Shown piece by piece: positions 51,542 to 59,921 of a DNA stretch of 64,000 nucleotides. The translations under genes were made by a program, and so were the position numbers. The DNA comes from Trypanosoma brucei (lineage: Eukaryota). Location of the stretch: NCBI GenBank assembly GCA_000002445.1, contig CH464491.1, forward strand, positions 3,744,001 through 3,808,000. Reading direction: 5' to 3'. Under the pieces are notes generated by a model. That model was not told where the DNA came from and did no database searches. It was given only the letters and a program-made list of their open reading frames with translations. Each line of letters starts with the position of its first letter. Within the stretch, counting starts at the first letter, position 1.

Positions 51542-52324
51542 ATGTTACGGCATTTGTTCCGATGTACTGCGGCTTGGGCCCCAAAGCGGTCGGCCACTCG
51601 AGAGCAGCGGCTTAAGGAGCGTGTGGCAGCCAGAATGGAACTTGAGGCACAGGTTAAATCACGAGTGGCATGTTACCCCCATCGTTCACTAACACGTCCG
51701 GCACTGCGATTAGAAAGACATCAGGTGAATACTCCACTCTTTCATTCGCAACTCCTTAACCTCAACAAGATGGCAACTGACCTTCAGTGTATTTCGTTTA
51801 GCGCACCGAAAGGCCACTGGGATGCTGCCATTGTTCTTATAAAGGGTCATCCAAATGAGGCAAATTTCGAGGTTTGGGTGAACCCCACCGTACCCGGTTA
51901 TGATGATCGTCACTCTATAGCACCAATGTATGGCATGTGGGAAAATTGCATCTCATGCGGAGCCTGTACGGCGTGGGTCATTCGACCACAATCCATCACC
52001 TGCAGTGGCTTGGACGAGTACGGGAACGAGAAAACTGAAGTACTTGATGGCATGCGTGCGCGCTGCCTCATGCATGAGTTGGATCACTTGAGTGGGAGGA
52101 CTATCCTTGATCAGGCACAGGGACCAGAGTTCATCGTAAGTGGAATTGCAATGGGTCAGAGGGATCTGTGGCCCCCAAATTTCCCTTCTGCAGAAGCGTA
52201 TATGACTTCCCCCCATCAGTTCTTTGATTATGTCAAAAACGGACCAATTATCCCACCAGGAATGGAGTGGTTTTATGCGCAAAGTATGAATCAGCAGTTT
52301 GAGGACGCTCGCCTGAGCCACTAA
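51542..52324 (+). CDS. PDF: Peptide deformylase (mitochondrial-type PDF)
   Basis: 260 aa. The N-terminus MLRHLFRCTAAWAPKRSATREQRLKER looks like a presequence. PDF motif 3 (HEXXH) is HELDHLSG at nt 52074-52088. The motif 2 metal-ligand Cys lies in MWENCISCG. Motif 1 is divergent (GHWDAAIVL, with no Gln). Confidence 0.85.
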   Translation: MLRHLFRCTAAWAPKRSATREQRLKERVAARMELEAQVKSRVACYPHRSLTRPALRLERHQVNTPLFHSQLLNLNKMATDLQCISFSAPKGHWDAAIVLIKGHPNEANFEVWVNPTVPGYDDRHSIAPMYGMWENCISCGACTAWVIRPQSITCSGLDEYGNEKTEVLDGMRARCLMHELDHLSGRTILDQAQGPEFIVSGIAMGQRDLWPPNFPSAEAYMTSPHQFFDYVKNGPIIPPGMEWFYAQSMNQQFEDARLSH

Positions 52325-52689
52325 CAACTTGTGGGGGTACGTCCTGAAGCCGGCTTGCTGTGCGTTTCTGTGTGTGTTTTTTGTTTTCGCTTTCGAATGG
52401 AAGTGGTGATAATGACGATCGAAATATGTTGTTGTTTGTATGGTTACATATGTTGTTACCGCACACTTTGAATCGCTTTTTGGCAAAAATAATTTCTCCC
52501 CATGTTCGTTGGTTTACCGTAGTGTTGTGCTTTCCTACCAGATCTGTGCGACAGTCGTCGAACTACTCTCCTCTGTTCTATTTCTTATGTTTACTTAACG
52601 CAAATTTGTAGGACGCGTGAAACGAAAGCAGTTCTCAATTCGCGACTGAAGGAAAGTATATTTATTGGTTTTGGAAGAGCGCTAACCTC

Positions 52690-54360
52690 ATGCCGGTTAC
52701 GACACACTTTTCTAGCATTGGCGTTAAGCAGTCTGAAGTCATCGAGACTGCTACAACATTGGGATGGACAAATGATCATCAAGCGCAGGATTATCTCCAG
52801 AAACTGTTGATCATCGGTCGGCCTATCCTTAGAGCACACAACTGGAAGATACACCGCTTGAAAGAATTTTACCCGCGTAGCGCGCGGCTGCTGGGGCAAA
52901 ATTTTAATAGAGGGGAAGAAGTGTGTGTTAGATTTCGTGTACCCAAGGAGAAGAACACATTTTTCCCATTTCATGAGGTGGTTTGTACTTTTTTGCATGA
53001 GCTTGCCCACTGCAAGTACTCCAAGCACGACCGGCACTTTTGGGAACTGTACACAGAGCTTTCAGTGGAGTGTTGCAGATTAGATCTAAATGCTTCGCTA
53101 GAGAGGGAAGCTGCTGCCCCACCAGATCGTCGTCATACAGGCAGTGGTAGGCGTCTTGGCGGGAGCAGAATAGTTCCACTTCCTCGCGAGCCAGAGGCGA
53201 TGCGGCGCATTCTTTCTGAGGCTGCGGAGAGGCGCCGGCAATCGAGTGAAAATGGTCAGTGTTATGGATGTGCACACGACAAAACGGGAGTAGGGAGTGA
53301 GTTGAATGACGGTTTGTGGACTTGTGATAACTGCGATGGCGTCATTGATGCTCTGCGTGGAAAGTGTGAGTTCTGTGTGGAGGTGGGCGACTCAACCGAA
53401 CAAGTTGAGGAGTGGAGTTGTAAACGGTGTTCTTTTCATAATCACTGTGCTCTTGTGCAGTGTGAGGCGTGCGGTCGCTTCAAGTCAGGACGTACAGCTG
53501 ACGGAACGAACACTGTTCATACCGTGAAAGCGTTGGCAGCGTCGTCCGACCACTTGCTCTTCACCATGACTTTGGGCCGAGTAGCTGATGCGTTAGCTCC
53601 TATCCTACAGGAAATGCGGTGGAGTGTGGCATGTCTTGAGGAATTCGCGCCTCCATTGAAGCGTGTGATGTCAAGATCTAGTTTCAAGAATAGCAACGAG
53701 TGCGACACACTGAGCATTCGCCTCCGCTCACCGAATAATCCCCACGAGCCTTTGACATTTACCTGTGTGCTGGCGCATGCACTGCATCAGTTGGCGCATC
53801 TGACAGAGAAGAACCATGGCGCAAACTTTGTTCACACGTGGATAGCTATGATTCACCGTTTTCTCACTGAAACAAAGGCGTTTAGTGACGATTTCATAAG
53901 TAGTCAAGAGCAAGAAGACCTTCTCTGTTTGGCAATGGAGTTGGAATTACTTCTTAATGGATTAAGTGGGAGAGATACTGCGCTTTGTGACGATTTGTTA
54001 GACAATGTTCCTCATCTGCAGCGACTTTTTGAGAACTGTGCCACCTTTGTTAAACGTGAGCGCCTTTTTACCGTTGCTACAACCCGTGAGGCCGGTGTGG
54101 TAGGACACAGTAAGCACTTGGAACTGTGGCAGTGCAGAAGATGTAGCGTTAACAACAATGGTGGTTTCATCATATTCTGTGAAGTGTGTGGCGCGCCCCG
54201 CCAGCTTTCAGTGCTACTTCGTACATCTCGCACTGTTGCCGTTCGTGCTGCTAGTAACGAAACGGTTATTGACATTTCCGATGATGACGGTGATGATGGT
54301 TCCGCGACGTCAGCAGGAGAGGCAACGATTTCCCCCGGTGTCGTCTTCATAATTGATTAG
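52690..54360 (+). CDS. WLM (Wss1-like) zinc metalloprotease with RanBP2-type zinc fingers; second, degenerate WLM-like module downstream
   Basis: 556 aa. The WLM core carries an HExxH...H signature, HEVVCTFLHELAHCKYSKHDRHFWELY (HELAH at nt 52996-53010). The RanBP2 fingers are WSCKRCSFHNHCALVQCEACG (nt ~53411-53480) and WQCRRCSVNNNGGFIIFCEVCG (nt ~54121-54200). A further C4 candidate is WTCDNCDGVIDALRGKCEFC. The second module, LAHALHQLAH...HTWIAMIHRF, lacks the catalytic Glu. Confidence 0.75.
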   Translation: MPVTTHFSSIGVKQSEVIETATTLGWTNDHQAQDYLQKLLIIGRPILRAHNWKIHRLKEFYPRSARLLGQNFNRGEEVCVRFRVPKEKNTFFPFHEVVCTFLHELAHCKYSKHDRHFWELYTELSVECCRLDLNASLEREAAAPPDRRHTGSGRRLGGSRIVPLPREPEAMRRILSEAAERRRQSSENGQCYGCAHDKTGVGSELNDGLWTCDNCDGVIDALRGKCEFCVEVGDSTEQVEEWSCKRCSFHNHCALVQCEACGRFKSGRTADGTNTVHTVKALAASSDHLLFTMTLGRVADALAPILQEMRWSVACLEEFAPPLKRVMSRSSFKNSNECDTLSIRLRSPNNPHEPLTFTCVLAHALHQLAHLTEKNHGANFVHTWIAMIHRFLTETKAFSDDFISSQEQEDLLCLAMELELLLNGLSGRDTALCDDLLDNVPHLQRLFENCATFVKRERLFTVATTREAGVVGHSKHLELWQCRRCSVNNNGGFIIFCEVCGAPRQLSVLLRTSRTVAVRAASNETVIDISDDDGDDGSATSAGEATISPGVVFIID

Positions 54361-54891
54361 GCAACAGCAAATATATATATACATATATTGTATGTTTGAG
54401 GGGCATGTGTGCCTCCTTCTTCCTTTTCACTCTTATTTGTATTATTGCACTACAGACTTGCATAAAGCGGTCAAGGCAAGTTATTTTGTTCCTTTCACGA
54501 GTTTAAATATTTTCTTTCATATGGCGTAAATTGTAAAACCCATTTCTCTTTTAATCTGGTTTACTACGCGTGCATGATTTTTGCTCGATGCCCTCATCAT
54601 GCGGATGGATTTCTATGCGTTTGTACACCCTGCGGACGTTTTTTTTTTGTTGCTGGTACGTGCATTTGTTTGTTTTCAACAACGAAGCGGCGTGCAGTAG
54701 GTAGGTACTGGTTTGTACTACTATCCCACACCGAAATTAGGGGGTTAATTTATTTTATTCTATTTTTGTAATGTCGTAGCAACAACTTACATACCAGATT
54801 CTGCCGTTCCTTCACTTCGAATTGCCTTGTTTCATTCTCCTCCTTGTTTGCCTCATTGTTCTTCTATCTTTAGATTTAGTACGACCTCTCG

Positions 54892-56595
54892 ATGGATACC
54901 GCGTACGCGACCCTCTTCAGCAAGTACAGAGAGGCTGCCGTATTAGCCTGCGATGAAATCGGCATTGAGCCGAAGGATTTGTTGTATAGGGCCAAGAAGT
55001 CTTTCAAACAGTCAGACAACGACAGCTCCAGTGCGATCCTCGTGCGGTACACGCTAAATGAGCGCACGAGACAGAACCGAATTCGGCAAGTGCTCGTTAT
55101 TAGGAACAAACTTGTTCTTCAGGGCAACGTATCTGACAGGTGGAAGAAACGATGCCAACAGTACCCTGACGCACCGCGAGCACCACGGATACCGAAGGCA
55201 GTGTTAGAGAAGTTGTTAGCACAGTTGGAAAAGGAGCGAGAAGATAAGAGCGATGAGGTAGGCAGTGCTCACCCTTCATCGCCAGCGTTTTCTCTTACGG
55301 GGGAAATACATAAAGGGCTTAGGTTGAGAAGATCATTGGGGAGGAGTGGTGGTGCATCTTTTGTTCGTTCACCTTCGGGAACCGAAACTTTCCGCTCACC
55401 GATGGCGGGGTCGCCTATGCACATGAGTCGAACCTCACCAACAGCAGCTGCTGCTCGAGGTAGGAGGGGTAGTAAAGTACTATTTGGGAGAGAACTCGAG
55501 GTGAAGGACCTTGAGGTACGCCGTGGGGGTCACTCTGCCACAGCTCCCATCATAAAATACTCTGAGGAGTGTCGTTCCAGCCCTTCTCGCAGCAGGCAGT
55601 CGGGGAGGAAAGCGCGTAAACATGGACCTGTCCCCCCATCTGACCCTCCACTATTTCCTCCGATTCCGCGGCACGGGCGCAGTGATGAAACGCTCGCTCA
55701 AGAGGCGGAAGATCTCGAGAGGTATCGACACACTCTTTCACTGTACGCAGTCGACAGCGCCTCATTACTAGAAAAATTCATGGAACAAACTGCCAAAAGG
55801 GGACTGAACGGCAGTAATACCGAGTCGAATGCTACGGCGCAAGATTCGGCACGCTCAAAGAGTGCTGCGCAAGATGGAGAAGTGGAGGCAACCAAGAAAG
55901 GGAAGAGGAGCGATATCGTGTGTTTGCCACAGAGAACAGCGCAAGAACGGAGGACTGCGGTTTTTATGCGCTTAGCGAGAATGCAATTGGCCCGTAACAT
56001 GGATGAATTCAGGAAGATGAAAATTTACCTCGGTGAAATGGATGAAATTGGACAAGCAGGTACCATCGTAGCATCTATCAGAGCTCGCGCCAACATAAAT
56101 AAACCTCCCACACATGAAGAATACATGGAAACACTGCGGGACAAAGAGCGCCAGCGTGAACTTCGACTCCAGCGTGAGAAGAAAGAGTTCCAGCGGACTT
56201 TGAAACTGCACGAAAAGAAGGAGCGCAGTGCGAAGAAAGTTCTTGAAAAGATAAAGAGCAAGTGGACAAATGTACGTTTGGAGGCTCTGACCACCAAGCG
56301 TGACATTGCTCTAACAAACCGCAAACGCGCGGACAGACGACTAAAAATGAAACAAGATCATTATTGTGTGCGTCTTTCCAAGAAGGAAATGGAGGCTGAA
56401 GAACGTCGCAGAAAACTATTCCGAACCATCTCCATGAAGCGGTATGAACATGACCAGGAGGAACTCTTCCGCAAAAACATAAAGGGGAAAATAATGGAGA
56501 TGGATAGACTGAAAAACTGGCGTAGTGAATCCCTTGCGCTGCCAGATGTATCACCACACTCAGAAAAGAAAAAAACAATACTTTGTCCCTTGTAA
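54892..56595 (+). CDS. Hypothetical basic coiled-coil protein (567 aa)
   Basis: ATG ORF on the + strand. The C-terminal half is strongly K/R/E-rich with heptad character (KERQRELRLQREKKEFQRTLKLHEKKERSAKKVLEKIKSKW). No catalytic motif is recognised. Confidence 0.55.
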   Translation: MDTAYATLFSKYREAAVLACDEIGIEPKDLLYRAKKSFKQSDNDSSSAILVRYTLNERTRQNRIRQVLVIRNKLVLQGNVSDRWKKRCQQYPDAPRAPRIPKAVLEKLLAQLEKEREDKSDEVGSAHPSSPAFSLTGEIHKGLRLRRSLGRSGGASFVRSPSGTETFRSPMAGSPMHMSRTSPTAAAARGRRGSKVLFGRELEVKDLEVRRGGHSATAPIIKYSEECRSSPSRSRQSGRKARKHGPVPPSDPPLFPPIPRHGRSDETLAQEAEDLERYRHTLSLYAVDSASLLEKFMEQTAKRGLNGSNTESNATAQDSARSKSAAQDGEVEATKKGKRSDIVCLPQRTAQERRTAVFMRLARMQLARNMDEFRKMKIYLGEMDEIGQAGTIVASIRARANINKPPTHEEYMETLRDKERQRELRLQREKKEFQRTLKLHEKKERSAKKVLEKIKSKWTNVRLEALTTKRDIALTNRKRADRRLKMKQDHYCVRLSKKEMEAEERRRKLFRTISMKRYEHDQEELFRKNIKGKIMEMDRLKNWRSESLALPDVSPHSEKKKTILCPL

Positions 56596-57643
56596 TTACT
56601 ATAAAGGATGTAAATGTACAATAAAAATAACTACCTCTAGTTCACTTATGTTTGGCTTTTTGCTTTTATTACGGTTTAATTTCCTCTGTTGAGTAAGCGG
56701 CGAAAAGGAGATCATTGAGCGGTGAGAAATGTATCATATGTTTCTTTAATTTCTGTTTTTCGTGTTCGTGCATTCTTTTTTTTAAAAAAAAGAGTGCGGT
56801 AAAAGAAAATTTTAAAATGTCGTTGAAATGAGTGTATGGGTACGAGACTGCTTGACCTACCCTTTTCCGCGAGTGGCGGAAGTTTCGTTACCGTTGAATC
56901 TTTTTTTTTTGTTTGCTCTCCCTTCTCTTTTATACTTTTTACTCAGCATATAATGTGCATCTGTACGTTTGGTAATCTTTCCGTCTCTTCCCTCAGATAT
57001 TTTTTTGAGACGACGTGTGAGCTTCTGTTTATTTACCCAAAATTCTCAAAAAGCCGCCGCATGTAGTTGCAGCTGCTGCCTCTTTCTGTGTATTTTCGTT
57101 TATTCGTGTTCTTTTTTTTTTCAACTATCGGTTAGAATTTTTTTTTTTACTCTCCCCTCACCCATCAAAAATAACTTCCCCCCCCTTTCTTGATGAAGTT
57201 TGTTAACATTCCCTCGCATATCGTCGCTGTTCTGTGTGTTATCTGAGCTATAGAACTCGCATTACAATCTTACTTGAATATATAAGCATACATTTTCTCA
57301 TTGGTGACCATTCTATTTTGCTATGTTATTTCACAACCGAATGGCTGTGTTGGTTTTTCTTCTAATTTACTCCTTGTAACGTATCAGGAGTAACCAAAAT
57401 AAAGCGTAAGGTAACTAAAATTAAACGAAAGGGACAAGGTACCACTCCGTTTCACCGCACACACATTCTTGCGCGATCTTGAACGAATTAAATTACACCC
57501 ATTCTTATTAACAGATAGTTATAGTCTATATCCGTGTTTTGTTAATTATTTTTTTTTGTTTTTGGGTTGAAAGTCTCGCTTGAACTTTCACTCTATATTT
57601 GCCTGGTTATTTGGTGTTTAGGCTCGTTGCCTTTCTGAAGCTG

Positions 57644-59434
57644 ATGGAAAATTTGGTGGACGTTGGAAAATCCAATGGAACAACCAATGGCGCTGCTACA
57701 CGCCGTGGTAAAACCCAGTGTACTGAATGGAGGGGGAAATGCAAACGACAAAAGGTAAACAAACAACTGAGTGGTGGTGCATCCATTGGTTTCCCACCAC
57801 GGTTAACTAACGAACATATTGTCCCCCCCTCCAACGCGGCAAAAGGCGGTAAGGAACCGAATTCCACTGCCTTAACAGAGTCCGCAAATCACGGTTCTGT
57901 GCCGAAGGACGTTCCGTGTTTCCAGCAGAGTAATGATAGTCTCAGTTGTGGTTTGGCGTCTTCTCGTATAACTTTTGTCTTACCATGTTCCGCATCAGAC
58001 GAAAATAAAGTCGTAACTCCTGTGTACCTGCATATCTATGAGCTAAGTCATGGAATTCTGCATCGGCACAGCAAAAAAGTAACGGGGAAATACGTTAAGG
58101 GTGTTTATCATAGTGCTGTGGTGTGCTACGGAATGGAGTTTTTCTTTGAAGGTGGCATAACAGTTACTTGTGCTGGTCGAACGCGCTTCGGTGAGAAGTT
58201 TGACAAGGTCGAAATTGGGCACACCAATAAACCGCTTAGCTCTTTCCTGGATTGGGCAGGTCAACGTTCGAGGAGCACATACATTTTCCATTCTTATCAT
58301 CCAACGGAGCACAATTGTCACACGTTTACCTCGGACGCAATCAGTTTTCTCATGGGACCTGAAGCATCTTTGCCATCGTACCTAACGGAAACCATCGACA
58401 CGATTGTGAAAACACCCGTAGGGACCGGTGTGGTGGAGCTGCTGGTGCATTTTTTGGGAGGTATGAAATATGTGGCTGCTGAAAATCAGAGAAGGCGAAT
58501 GAGTGAGCGGAAGGCCTGCCTGACGAGGGCGAGGAGGTGCATTGCCAATAATGTCATTAATACAACTCCTCCAGCGAGTGTTACACTGTTTCGTGTGAGT
58601 GACCCCTCAAGTTGTCATCGCACCCTTGCTGCGGTAGAACCCTATGGAAGGCGGTTGTTGGAGCATAAGGCCATAGAGCCACCAGCGATGAATTTCCTGC
58701 GATGTGTGCAAGGTTTATGCGCGGGAGTTGAGTTCATTGATCCAGATTATGTTACTGAATACGTCAACCTTGCAACATATGCGCTCATACACACAACACC
58801 AACACTCAGGGGGCCCATACTGAACAGCCTGCGGGTTGCTGTTCTTCACAAGATGGTTTCATGTACCTGTGCTTTTCATCCTCTCCTTCTCTGTGCTTTA
58901 TCTGAGACTGTCCGTAACTTTATGAACCTGACGGCGGAGGGCAGGCTTGCGTTACTGCGTCTTTTGTGCAATATGGGTGGTAGCATCCATGGGGCTGTGG
59001 CACTGAGTTCTGCTGAGTACTCACAAATGTGGGTGGCGGCCGCTGGGCAAGCCGTGATGGATTATAGAAACCCTGCTATCGTTTATACGGGAGCCGCACT
59101 AATTGCCAACCTTGCTGTGGCATTTGTTCTAACCGAAAATTTTGTTTCAAAAACTGTGGAATACCCCCATATTTCTGACCAGTGTCAAAACCTCATTACT
59201 GTGACACTTTTTTACCTTGGGTCTTGGCCGAGGGAACGTGTCCCGGAGGCGGCAACAACTTTGATGTTGTTTGCCCTTTTTATTTTGCTTTCATCTTCTT
59301 TTGATGCTTCTAGAGCGGCCAAACTTCATCCTTTCCAACTGAATTTTGACTGCTTGATCAGGGAGGTACGGACGTTGGAGAGCTCAACCCTCATCCGCAT
59401 GCTGCAGGACATTTTAAGGTGTCCCCACGCATAG
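57644..59434 (+). CDS. PPPDE/DeSI-family cysteine isopeptidase (DUF862) with ~400-aa C-terminal alpha-helical (ARM/PUL-like) extension
   Basis: The track ORF starts at TTG 57599; the first ATG is 57644. The PPPDE core is VYLHIYELSHG...YHSAVVCYGMEFFFEGG (His codon 58108-58110) ... HPTEHNCHTFTSDAISFL (Cys codon 58316-58318). The C-terminal 400 aa is helical and repeat-like, with no transmembrane segment. Confidence 0.75.
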   Translation: MENLVDVGKSNGTTNGAATRRGKTQCTEWRGKCKRQKVNKQLSGGASIGFPPRLTNEHIVPPSNAAKGGKEPNSTALTESANHGSVPKDVPCFQQSNDSLSCGLASSRITFVLPCSASDENKVVTPVYLHIYELSHGILHRHSKKVTGKYVKGVYHSAVVCYGMEFFFEGGITVTCAGRTRFGEKFDKVEIGHTNKPLSSFLDWAGQRSRSTYIFHSYHPTEHNCHTFTSDAISFLMGPEASLPSYLTETIDTIVKTPVGTGVVELLVHFLGGMKYVAAENQRRRMSERKACLTRARRCIANNVINTTPPASVTLFRVSDPSSCHRTLAAVEPYGRRLLEHKAIEPPAMNFLRCVQGLCAGVEFIDPDYVTEYVNLATYALIHTTPTLRGPILNSLRVAVLHKMVSCTCAFHPLLLCALSETVRNFMNLTAEGRLALLRLLCNMGGSIHGAVALSSAEYSQMWVAAAGQAVMDYRNPAIVYTGAALIANLAVAFVLTENFVSKTVEYPHISDQCQNLITVTLFYLGSWPRERVPEAATTLMLFALFILLSSSFDASRAAKLHPFQLNFDCLIREVRTLESSTLIRMLQDILRCPHA

Positions 59435-59826
59435 CATTCGCAGCGTGGTCGCCTCCTCCCCTCTCCTCTAATTCGGAAGCGAGGGGAAGAATAATTGTGT
59501 GAAGAATCTTTTTTTTTATCGTAACGTTTCTATCGGCAAAAGGGTGATGGTGCTCAACGCTTCCATGGGTGAAAATGCTATCACCTGTAACAGTTAGTTA
59601 CACGGTTGTTGTTTTTTTATGTGCAGAGCTCGCATATGGCCTCTGCCCTCCCTGCTGACCATCGTATCGCATTGGTTCCCTTCTGAAACTTCTTTTTTTT
59701 CTTCCTTTTCTGCTTAGGGGCGGGCATCGACGTACCTTTCGTACTTGAATACAAGTACTGAATCACCTGTGGTGCACAAGTGCCGTTCCCACATTTCCTT
59801 TGATTGGTCTTCATATTTAAATTTTG

Positions 59827-59860
59827 GTCCCTTTTTTTTTTTTACAAAAAATCGTACGGT
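59827..59860 (+). promoter_or_regulatory. Poly(T) tract + AG upstream of CPSF160
   Basis: gtcccttttttttttttacaaaaaatcgtacggtag lies about 60-90 nt upstream of ATG 59922. Confidence 0.45.
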
Positions 59861-59921
59861 AGTCATTTTAACCGAAAAGAAACCGGTAGTCCTTCCTCCC
59901 CATTACCTGTGTTGAACCACA

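Noticed and set aside
56596-57643. Possible structured RNA in the 1-kb spacer upstream of the PPPDE gene (local hairpin gggtacgagactgcttgacctaccc, ~56846-56870)
   Set aside because: It is a single 5-bp stem without a recognisable C/D (RUGAUGA...CUGA) or H/ACA architecture, and no repeated snoRNA-cluster unit is nearby. That is insufficient to call an ncRNA.
5121-59434. Apparent clustering of ubiquitin/SUMO/proteasome-related genes (HECT E3, USP, DeSI/PPPDE, RPN12, WLM protease) suggesting a functional island
   Set aside because: Trypanosomatid polycistrons are not organised by function. The genes are interspersed with unrelated ones (dynein, exportin, carriers, BBS9, PDF), and these families are individually abundant. 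The clustering is most parsimoniously coincidence.
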